Assembly (NCBI GenBank): GCA_951406725.2
Contig: OX597837.1
Coordinates: 2,976,001-3,040,000, forward strand
Direction of reading: 5' to 3'
Length of the DNA stretch: 64,000 nt
DNA from: Octopus vulgaris
Lineage: Eukaryota
Below the pieces are notes generated by a model. The model saw only the letters and a list, made by a program, of their open reading frames with translations. It was not told the origin of the DNA and ran no database searches. A program made the translations under genes and the position numbers. Numbering within the stretch: the first letter of the stretch is position 1; every line of letters starts with the position of its first letter. Positions 36,779-47,559 of this stretch are shown one piece after another.

Positions 36779-38625
36779 CTATTTCACTCAAAACTCATTT
36801 TATATCTATTTCAATAAATATAAAATAATTTATATAATAATAATAATGAAATTATTGTATACAGTGCTCAGGTGCACCACAACTTGTCAGACAGTGCGTA
36901 TAAAGCATATGCAGTAATGTACAAACGCCTGGAAAGCGGATAATGTATGAGTCAGATACATGCTTGTGTGTGTATGGAGGGGAGAAAATCAGGTGTAGTG
37001 TTGGCGAATCTCAGAAAGCATGGAAGTTTTTATGTCAATAATATATTTTTTCACACACGAAAGGAGAGATAATAGTGTATGATAATAGAATCCCCACACA
37101 GCATTTTCTCTAACCAAATGTACAAGTAAAACATACATTTGGCTTATTGCAGCTGGATTTATTCTGCACATCACATGACTGCTTTTAACCAATCAATAAT
37201 CAGCTACTTTCACTTGTTCTATTTGGGGAACGAAGATTTCCTTTGGTGTTTTCCTAGATTAAAAATAGAAACAAATATTTTCTCATAACTTTTTTATTTT
37301 TCCATCTGACTCTATGTCACTAATCATGAGACACTCTCATAACCATCCTGTATACTCTTACTCTTTACTTGTTTCAGTCATTTGACTGCAGCCATGCTGG
37401 AGCACTGCTTTTAGTCAAGCAACTCGACCCCGGGACTTATTCTCTGTAAGCCCAGTACTTATTCTATTGGTCTCTTTTGCCAAACCGCTAAGTGACGGGG
37501 ACGGAAACATACCAGCATCGGTTGTCAAGCAATGCTAGGGGGACAAAGACAGACACACAAACATAAACACGCACATACATATATACGACAGGCTTCTTTC
37601 AGTTTCCATCTACCAAATCCACTCACAAGGCATTGGTCAGCCCGAGGCTATAGCAGAAGACACTTGCCCAAGATGCCATGCAGTGGGTCTGAACCCGGAA
37701 CCATATGGTTGGTAAGCAAGCTACTTACCACACAGCCACTCCTGCACCTGTATGTTTGTTAATTAAAATTATTTTCCTTTCTGGGTAGGTTGACCGAGAG
37801 CTACCCTTGCTCAGCCTTGATCATTTACCTGCATCTCTGTGTAGGTCTGTCTTTTATCTTACTTATTTCAGTCATTTGACTGTGGCCATGCTGGGGTTTT
37901 AATTGAATGAATTGACCCCAAGATTTTTTTTTTAAACCTGGTACTTATTCTATCAGTCTCTTTCTGCTGAACTGCTAGTTTATAGAGACGTAAACACACC
38001 AAGTAGGTTGCCAAGTGGTGGTGGTGGTGGACAAACACAGACATAAACACACACATACACAACAGGATTTCAGTCTTCATCTACCAAATCCACTCACAAG
38101 TCTTTTGTTGGCCTGAAGCTATCAAGTGGGACTGAACACAGAACCATGTAATTGGAAAGCAAGCTTCTCATTACACAGCTGTACCTGTACCTAGGCAAAT
38201 TTTTTTTTTTTGTAGAAGACTGACAGTTGCTTCTACAAAACGTTTGATGTCAAATAAGTTACCAAATAAGAACCAATGACACCAAAACAGAACTACCAAA
38301 AGAAAACATCTGTATATTGTGGTGAATGCAGAAGAATTATGGAGAATGAATTATGTGCAAACAAGCTTGAATGTAAAACAGAATCTAAAAGGATCGATTT
38401 TGCTAATGATTTAATAAATGAAGAAATGGATAACACCAGCAGACTCTTCCTTTATTTTCCATATATCCACCCTCTTCTTCTTCGTTGGATGCTGTGCTTT
38501 TCTTTGTTCTTTCTTTCTTTTCTCTGACATGCTCTGCCTTCTTTTAAAACATATAATTTTTGTTTATTTCATGAGTTTGATTTGTATGGATTGGTTTTTC
38601 TTTGGGAAAATTGGTTTCTAATATT

Positions 38626-39020
38626 TAGGAGTGGCTGTGTGGTAAGTAGCTTGTTTACCAGCCACATGGTTCCGGGTTCAGTCTCACTGCGTGGCACCTT
38701 GGGCAAGTGTCTTCTACTATAGCCTCAGGCCGACCAAAGCCTTGTGAGTGGATTTGGTAGACAGAAACTGAAAGAAGCCTGTTGTATATATGTATATATA
38801 TATATGCGTGTGTGTGTTTGTGTGAGTGTATTTGTCCCCCTAGCATTGCTTGACAACCGATGCTGGTGTGTTTATGTCCCTGTTACTTAGCGGTTCGGCA
38901 ACAGAGACCGATAGAATAAGTACTGGGCTTACAAAAGAATAAGTCCCGGGGTCGAGTTGCTCGATTAAAGGCGGTGCTCCAGCATGGCTGCAGTCAAATG
39001 ACTGAAACAAGTAAAAGAGA
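38626..39020 (+). mobile_element. SINE family A
   Basis: Match to 2557-2953; absent from the paralogous site near 18835. An opposite-strand copy lies at 37357-37750. Confidence 0.85.
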
Positions 39021-39412
39021 ATCGATTATTCCACGAAGGTTTGCTTTGCCTTTCATCCTTTGGGGGTCGATAAAATAAATATCAGCTGAGCACTGGACGG
39101 TCGATGTAATCGATTTATTCCCTCTTCCAGAATGGCTGGTTTTGTGCCAAAATGTGAAACGAATATTTAAAGAATTTGTGAAAATTATAAAATTTGATTG
39201 TTATTTTATGAATTCAGTGTAATGTGGAATGTAAATTATTACAATTAAAATCTCTTTGAACTATTTCTATGTTAGATTTTGTTTAATGTGACTGCATGGG
39301 ATAAGGATTCTACATTGAGTAAGCATCATTTTAGTATTCACTTTCTCATGGCTGCATAGGTCAGATGGAATTTAGTGAGGTAGGTTTTCTACTGCTAGAT
39401 GCTCTACCTGTT

Positions 39413-39556
39413 GGATCTTTTCCTTTTGAACGGCACTTTGTAACATAATTTCTAGGTAACTAAAAAGTTTTAAACTTCGTATACTGGTAGAATGTGTTTA
39501 TAAAACATCTTTTTCTCTTGGCTTCATTGAAAGTGCCGTTCAAAAGGAAAAGATCC
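39413..39556. mobile_element. Internally deleted MITE M1
   Basis: Both TIRs present; TSD tacctgtt/tacctgtc. Confidence 0.8.
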
Positions 39557-41115
39557 TACCTGTCTTCCATCCTCTCTATTTCCAAGCAAGATTGTAGTTC
39601 TCCATGGTTCTCCATACTTTTGTGGATGACTGGAAATGAGAGACGCTGCTTGTATGATGGGATGGTCAGCTAAATTTATATCTACCACATGATTTCGAAA
39701 CAAGGACATAGATACACACATGCACATGCATTTATATATGTATGGGTTTCTTCCAGTTACTGTCAACGAAATCCACTCACAAGGCTTTGATCAGCCCAAG
39801 GCTGCAGTAGAAGACACTTGTTCAGTATGTCCTGCAGTTGGATTGAATCTGAACCTGTGGTTGGGAAGCAAATGTCTTAATTGCACGGCCTTCGTACACC
39901 AGGCAGTGGTTAAGCCTACTTTCACAGCATGAAGCATTAATTCTGCACATGCATTTCTGTAGATGCTACACATTGTTATATTTCATACTCGTCTCTACGT
40001 CTTCCCTTTGACTCTGTGGGACTTACGGTCTCGAATAATTAGAGAAAAATTCTGGCCCAACACGTTGAGTATGCACAAATGCAGAAACTACAAAAATGTA
40101 TAGAAATACTTCTAATTATCTAATGAAAAAATAAAGCTATATGCGTTTGCATCTATTTATGGCCGTCAATACAAGGGAGATAACCAGCTTCTTCGAACGG
40201 GGAAAATTTCCAATTAATACACGGACAAAGTCGCATAGAATTCTTATAATGTCTTACGATGTTCTTGGAATTTCAAGCTGTATTTTTTATAGTCTTTCTA
40301 GAAGAGTCTCAGTTTTTAGACGCAGCAAATGATTTTAGCTCAAATACAGGCGATTCATTGGTTAAAATTCGAAAAATTAAATTATGATAAACAAACGAAT
40401 TACAAATTTATCAAGAAAGCCAAGTGAAAATAATGTTTTCTTTTGACACATTCTACCAGTATACGAAGTTTTAAAGTGTTTAGTTAACTAGAAATTGTGT
40501 TGAAAACTGCCGTTCAAAAGGAAAAGATCCGAGATGGTGATAACATCACTGTGACCCGACAAGTGCCTGTTATCTAGGAACATAAAAGCAATCATTGGGG
40601 ATCCATGCACAGGTTCCTGGGTAGGCAGACTGAACATTTTTCATTAAATGTCAGGACTCGGGCTATAGAAAATTTGCCACAGACATACCACAGTAAGATT
40701 AATTTCTCGATCTGTCGTTCAAAGGGAAAAGAGCCAACACATCGTACTTATACCTATTTCTTTACTACCCACAAGGGGCTAAACGCAGAGGGTACAAACA
40801 AGGACAGACAAACGGATTAAGTCGATTATATCGACCCCAGTGCGTAACTGGTACTTATTTAATCGACCCCGAAAGGATGAAAGGCAAAGTCGACCTCGGC
40901 GGAATTTGAACTCAGAACGTAGTGGCAGACGAAATATCGCTAAGCATTTCGCCCAGCGTGCTAACGTGTCTGCCAGCTCGCCGCCCATCGACCGTAATGT
41001 AGTGTGCTATATCAATTTCTGTAGGTTTTAACGTTAAAACAAAAAAATATTATAATAAATGTGCACAAGCATGTATTTCAAAAGCAATAGGGAAAACAAC
41101 AATTTTAATCCCTAG

Positions 41116-41252
41116 CCTCGTCGTGACGAGATACGAATCCACGGCTAAAAATAGTAGAGCTTATGGTCGTTAATTACTTTGTTAACATCTATGGAAGTCC
41201 AAGTGCGCTGAAGAGGTGAATCGCCCTAACTCACTGCTTATCTATGGAAACG
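41116..41252 (+). promoter_or_regulatory. Putative promoter motif and first exon of ZNF-6
   Basis: cctcgtcgtgacgagatacgaatccacggct (3 mismatches to the ZNF-1 motif) and tggaaacg|gtaagc donor. Confidence 0.6.
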
Positions 41253-41332
41253 GTAAGCTGACAAAGGTTTCGATCATAGAATTATTCTAATTGTTATGCC
41301 CCTTGTGTTTTTTTTAGCTTATAAACCTGTTC

Positions 41333-41619
41333 GGTACTACTAGCGAACAGTGGTCCCGGTGCGCGCACTCACGCTAGCTAGTCATAAGTAGTCGATCCTA
41401 CAACGACTTTTTAACCCTAACCTTAGTTTGTTTACAAAAATAAATTATTTACTTAGTATAAAAAAAATTATTTACTTTGTTCGAAAAATATTATTTAATT
41501 TTCTTTGATATGTATTCAGCCTTGAAATACAAACATACGCGCAAGACGTTGTAGGATCGACTACTTACGACTAGCTAGCGCGTGTGCGCGCACTGGGACC
41601 ACTGTTCGCTAGTAGTACC
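41333..41619. mobile_element. Merlin-like MITE family M2
   Basis: ~75-bp imperfect TIRs; degenerate 9-bp TSD aacctgttc/aacatgtac. Confidence 0.8.
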
Positions 41620-42099
41620 AACATGTACATCTTTGTACATGTACATTGTTAAAAATAAGATTTTGTTGGCAAATTTTTAGATTAACATAAACATTAGTAA
41701 ATATGAAGAATTAGTGAAATAAGGTTTGATGATATTTGAACAGTGAATCCTATTGAGCGGTTTCATTGGTTTTTAAGCGGTATTTTTTCGTTATTTATCG
41801 CTTAATGACTTATGAAATTCGTTCAGGATTCAGCTTACATTCAGGATAGCAGTTTGAGTTAGGATTGAGCCTCCGTTTAAGGTCGCTGTCGTTTCAAGTT
41901 ATGGGAAGCTGTAATTATGGTTTAGTTAGCCTATGCGAGGCCATTCAACGGTTCCAAATGAATGACAATGCATTCAATTGTTACGTGATCAACACTGAGT
42001 TCTACCAAATTCTGTAGAATGTTCACGTTGTCACTCGCCCTGTTTTCTTTGGGTACCGACATTAACACGTGGCGATGTTGAAAGAGCGTGTCTCGTCCT

Positions 42100-42425
42100 C
42101 GAGGGGTATGTGGTTTCTCTGTTTCCGACCGCCAGAATACCTTTTTGGAATGAGCACATATTCCTGCCAGGAAAGTACGGTAAAATTACAGGTGAATCAT
42201 TCCCTTGAACGGACATGGAATCACAGGATTGGTTCAAAACCTTGATATAAGTATACACACATCTGTTGACTGGCGGTCGTTTTTACTGTGAGGTTTTTCA
42301 ATATTGGCTGGAACTGGTGCAAGACAAAATTGGACGTCCTGACGTTGAAGTCGAAATTGACGAAAGAGTTATCGTCCGCCGCAACTACAACTGGGGGCGA
42401 CGAGTAAAAACGGTCTTGTTGTATT
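42100..42425 (+). pseudogene. Merlin (IS1016/IS1595-related DDE) transposase relic
   Basis: Frameshifted + strand translation VSDRQNTFLE*AHIP...TSVDWRSF...QDKIGRPDVEVEIDERVIVRRNYNWGRRVK matches the Merlin 'KIGG.G..VEIDE....RKYNRGR' motif. Not present in the ORF track. Confidence 0.8.
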
Positions 42426-42982
42426 CTTGGTGCCTTTAACGGATCTAGTCTCATTCGCAAAATGAGCCCCCTTTAATTTTGCTCAGATTGCTTTCAATTC
42501 TAAATTTTTATTACGATCAAACAATTACTTTATCTCGTAAATTATAGAATCTGACCTTAGTCTAACACACACAGACACACACACATACAGAGAGAGAGTC
42601 TACAGTATTGAAAACAGAAGCTTGCATTGTTTAGTTAAAAGTTAATTTTATACTTATACTTTGTTAGTGTAGAAACAGCAAAATTGCTGTATTTCAGCTT
42701 TTTTTTAAAACTAAATCTTTGTAATCCTGTCTTATTTTAGAATATGAGAGAACTTTGGCTTAAAATATTTTTGTCTGTATTTCAGATACATCATCAATAT
42801 TTTCCATTTACAAAGACTAAAAGAAGCTGTTGTACAGAACAGATGTAAACATGGAGAAATTTAACTGTTTGCAGCTTCATCAGGTATTGACAACGATAAA
42901 AGTTTGTTGAAGTTTCAGAGAGTATATGTTTGTAGAAAGAAAATATCCAAAGGAAGAGAAGAAAAAACATCTGTATATTTTG

Positions 42983-43300
42983 ACTTGACTTGACTTGAGA
43001 CAGCATTCACCCGGGGTGGGTTGAGCTGGCTTCATTCATCCTCAATGCTGCATCTCTCACAAACGCTGACCAGGCCTGGTGATTTGAGGCTAACGACCGC
43101 GTGATCTCCAACAACTCCTTATTCCAGCAGCGAATGCCGTAGATATGGGGGCCTAGGTTGGGTTCCAGATCAGCCTTGACTGTCATCAGCCAGGTTTTCC
43201 ATTGTACACCACATCGCTTTCGCCAACCCTGAAGGGGAGCTGGGGCAATTGCTTCGTAGATGAATTCTCCTGGTTGACGACAGAGGGCAAATATTCCTCA
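42983..43300 (-). mobile_element. 5'-truncated RTE LINE in the ZNF-6 5' UTR
   Basis: GWRKRCGVQWKTWLMTVKADLEP...; (CAAGT)n tail; 11-bp TSD tgtatattttg; empty site in ZNF-5 near 36075. Confidence 0.82.
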
Positions 43301-43325
43301 TGTATATTTTGGTGAGCATAGAAAT

Positions 43326-44342
43326 ATGGAAAACAAGCTGAATTATAAAACAAAACGTAAAAAGACTGATTTTTCTGAAACGGCTCATATAAGTAGACAT
43401 AAATATACTCAAACAGGTTATCATTCATACGACGACGTCTCTGGTAAATTATTCCCTCAAAAGATTATGGCAGATCGAAAATGCAGTTATATAAAAAAGA
43501 AGCCATACCAATGTAATATCTGTGGTAAGGCGTTCTCTGAACGTAGTGACGTATGTAAACACAAACGTACTCATACAGGTGAGAAACCACATCGCTGTGA
43601 TGTCTGTGGTAAGTCATTCTCTGAAAGTGGTAATTTAAGTAGACACAAACGCATTCATACAGGTGAGAAGCCATATCGCTGTGATGTTTGTGGTACCTCT
43701 TTTACTTTAAATGGTCATTTAACTCGTCACAAACTCACTCACACAGGTGAGAAACCATATCGGTGTGATACCTGTGGTGAATCTTTCTCTCGAAGTGTTC
43801 ATTTAACTAAACACGAACGTATTCATACAGGTGAAAAGCCATATTGCTGTATTACCTGTGGTAAATCATTCTCTCGGAATGAATACTTAATTAAGCATAA
43901 ACGCACTCATACAGGTGAGAAGCCATACCATTGTGATACCTGTGGTAAGTCATATTCTGATCACAGTTCCTTAATTACTCACTCACGTATACATACAGGT
44001 GTGAAACCATTTCGCTGTGATGTCTGTGGGAAATCTTTTGCTCTAAATAATTACTTAACTAATCATAAACGTACTCATACGGGAGAGAAGCCATACAATT
44101 GTGACATCTGTGGTAAATCATTTTCTCAGAGAAGTTCCTTAAATAACCATTTGAATATTCATGCAAGAGGGAAACCATTCTGCTGTGATGTCTGCGGAAA
44201 ATCTTTTACTTTAAATAGTTATTTAACCAGTCATAAACGCATACATTCAGAAGAGAAGCGATATAGTTGTGATTTGTGTAGTAAATCATTTTCTCAAAAC
44301 AGTACCTTATTTAACCACTTACGTATTCATGCAAAGAAGTAA
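43326..44342 (+). CDS. C2H2 zinc-finger protein (ZNF-6), 338 aa, 10 fingers plus 1 degenerate
   Basis: ATG-initiated ORF with TGEKP linkers; candidate acceptors at 42740 and 42785. Confidence 0.93.
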   Translation: MENKLNYKTKRKKTDFSETAHISRHKYTQTGYHSYDDVSGKLFPQKIMADRKCSYIKKKPYQCNICGKAFSERSDVCKHKRTHTGEKPHRCDVCGKSFSESGNLSRHKRIHTGEKPYRCDVCGTSFTLNGHLTRHKLTHTGEKPYRCDTCGESFSRSVHLTKHERIHTGEKPYCCITCGKSFSRNEYLIKHKRTHTGEKPYHCDTCGKSYSDHSSLITHSRIHTGVKPFRCDVCGKSFALNNYLTNHKRTHTGEKPYNCDICGKSFSQRSSLNNHLNIHARGKPFCCDVCGKSFTLNSYLTSHKRIHSEEKRYSCDLCSKSFSQNSTLFNHLRIHAKK

Positions 44343-45850
44343 CCATATCACTAACAAGTCTTACCCTGAAATAAATCTCTATATATATATAAACAGCAAA
44401 TTATCCGTGTGTGTGTCCTTTATACAAATCCACAATTTTTCAGTCAGAGGGCTCGCACTTTCTATGGTCGTTCAAAACTGTCCAAGAGTGGTCGTGCACA
44501 TCTTTACATTTCCCAAGTCACCCCGCAAAGCCATTAAAAAATCAATAGAAGTGACTTCTATGCAGCCATAGAAAACACTGCCAAATTAGACTAGAGCCTG
44601 GCGCAGCCTTCAAGCATGCCAGCCCAGTCAAACTGTCCAACCCATACCAGCATAGAAAGAAGACGTTGATGATGATGATTGTTAATTTATGAATTCAATT
44701 TAATGTGAAATGTAAATTATCACAATTAAAATCTGTTTGTACTATTTCTGTGTTGGATTTTGTTTTATGTGACTGCATGAAATAAGGACTCAATACTGGG
44801 TAAGCATCATTTTAGCATCCACTTTTCCATTGTTGCACCTGTATCTTTATATACATGCATATATGTATGTATGTATATATGTATGTATATGTATATATAT
44901 ATGTATATGTATATATATATGTATATGTATATGTATATATATATGTATATGTATATATGTATATGTATATATATATGTATATATGTATATATGTATATGT
45001 ATATATATATGTATATATGTATATGTATATATGTATGGGTTTCTTCCAGTTACAGTCTACCAAATTCACTCACATGGCTTTGGTCAGCCCAAGGCTGCAC
45101 TTGCCCAAAGTAGCCTGTAATGGGATTGAACCTGAAACTATGTGGTTGGGAAGCAAGCATCTTAATTGCACAGCCATACCTGCTACATCGCCTTCATACA
45201 TCGAGCAGTGATTAAATCGACTTTCACAGCATCAAGAATTAATTCTGCACATGCATTTCTGTTAGATGCTGCACATTGTTATATTTTATAGTCGCCTCTA
45301 TGTCTTCGCTTTCACTCTGTAGGACTTAGAGACACGAATCATTGGAGACAGTTTCCAGCTCAGCAAGTTGAGTGTGCACCAATGCAGAAACTACAAAAAT
45401 ATGTAGAAATACTTCGAATTATCTCTTGAGAAAATAAAAGCCGTCTGCGTTTGCATCTGTTTATGGCCATCAATACAAGGGAGATAACCATGTTTTTAGA
45501 ATGGGCGAAATTGCAGATTAATACACGGGCAAAGTTGCATAGAATTCTCATAATGTGTTACGATGTTCTTGGAATTTCAAGGTGTATTATTAGATAATCT
45601 TTCTAGAAGAGATGATGATAATATCACTGTGACTAGACATATTCCTGCTATCCAAGACCACAAAAACAATCATTGGGGCTCAATGCACAGACCCCTGGGT
45701 GGGCAGACTGAACATTTCTTCTCACTAAGTGAATAAAAATTAAATATCAGCGCTTGATTGACTTGGTGTTTATGCAATCAGAAGTGGGTATGAGACTGCC
45801 TTCCAAATTTCGTTTTTCATGCTGACACCCTCACATCCATTGCTATATAT

Positions 45851-46050
45851 CAGTGGTTTTCAACCGGGGTTCCGCCAGTACAGTACAGGGGTTCCGCAAG
45901 AAGTTACAGAACTGCTAAAGTCGGCAGTAATTTTTAAGTCTCCTGTGCAGATATGTGTGCATAAGACTATTAAATTATTGCACAGGGGTTCCCGAGCCAG
46001 TGGAATGTTTCCTTGGGGTTCCACTCCAGTAAAAAGGTTGAAAAGCACTG
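45851..46050. mobile_element. hAT (Charlie-like) MITE
   Basis: TIR cagtggttttcaacc / ggttgaaaagcactg; degenerate 8-bp TSD ctatatat/ctatagag. Confidence 0.7.
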
Positions 46051-47559
46051 CTATAGAGACATGTCTCTCAACTTATCAGGAGATACAGCAACTGTTAATC
46101 TTTTGCCAATGTGTATAAATTTTATATTGATTATATATTATATTAATTATAATATATATTTTATATTAATTAGCTGTAGCAAACAGCTAATTAAACTACA
46201 ACAACTGGTAGATTACTAATTACAGTACAACACCTGTATTACTAATGACTCTTCGATAAAAAGTATAATTCAACTGATTGACTCATTCTAATTGGTTAAC
46301 CCCTTGACGCTGGTATTACCCCAAGCATGCGAGACACTACTCCGGTTTTTTTTCATCCAATGAGGCCACACAAACAGACAAGTGCCAACGAGCTCATGTC
46401 TATTTACGTTCACCGTTACAATAACATAGTGTCGTGCATTTATGTCTACCGGTTTACGAAAACGAAGTATGTGAAGTTATTTATCATATTTATGATATGC
46501 ACGAGTTATTCTGCTCAAGTTCAAAAAATAGCTTGCGTGTGGTACAACTCAAAGCACGGTATTATGCATTGAAAGTATCCGCATGTCACTGTTCTACTGC
46601 TAGTCTCATGACTTGAACGTAACCTAAAATAGCTAAGATAATGCACGGGACGGCGAGCGCCGCACCTCAAGAGATAAAGTACACGATAGCGAACGTAAAC
46701 ATACGTCAGCCGCTAAAAAACGCTACAGTTGAACTTACGAGATGTCTAGCTGTTTTTTTTCTAGGGACGAAAATGGCCGCATAGAGGTTTCCCTCGTAAA
46801 ACCTCAAGCAGAATATTCGCAGGAAGTCTTTTATGCTGGTGTGTTTGTTTTTGTTATTTTGAGCTGTGAACTGAGAGGGGATGTCTGGATTTTTCTTTCT
46901 GTGTAAATAATAAAAAAAAAATTTGATAATTCTAGTTAAACGAGTTGAAAGAATTATCAATGAGAAGCAATTCCTTCTTTATGATTGAAGAGTTATCTCC
47001 CATAGACTTGAGGTGAAGTATGCATTGGCGATAACTAACCCCCATCCGTTGGCAGGAGCTATTTAAAAATATGGGAAGCGCTGTCTTCGCAGGTTTGCCC
47101 CCTTGGTAATTTTGGTAAGGGCTTTGTCGTGCTTTCGCTTGTACCTATTTTTTCTTAGTGCCTTTGGACATTAGTCAAATTGTGGAAGGGCGGCGAGCTG
47201 GCAGAATCGTTAGCACACCGGGCGAAATACTTAGCGGTATTTCATCTGCCGGTACGTTCTGAGTTCAAATTCCGCCGAGGTCGACTTTGTCTTTCATCCT
47301 TTCGGGGTCGATTAAATGAGTACCAGTTACGCACTGGGGTCGAGAGGACAAACAAGGGCAGACAAACGGATTAAGTCGATTATATCGACCCCAGTGATTA
47401 ACTGGTACTTATTTAATCGACCCCAAAAGGATAAAAGGCAAAGTCGACCTCGGCGGAATTTGAACTCAGAACGTAACGGCAGACGAAATACCACTATGCA
47501 TTTTGCCCGGCGTGCTAACGAATCTGCCAGGCTGTATGTGTGTGTGGCTATCATACTTC

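Noticed and set aside
46295-47170. piggyBac element or host gene promoter (ttaa-cccc start, CpG-rich stretch)
   Set aside because: No matching right TIR or ORF found, so it cannot be classified from the sequence alone.
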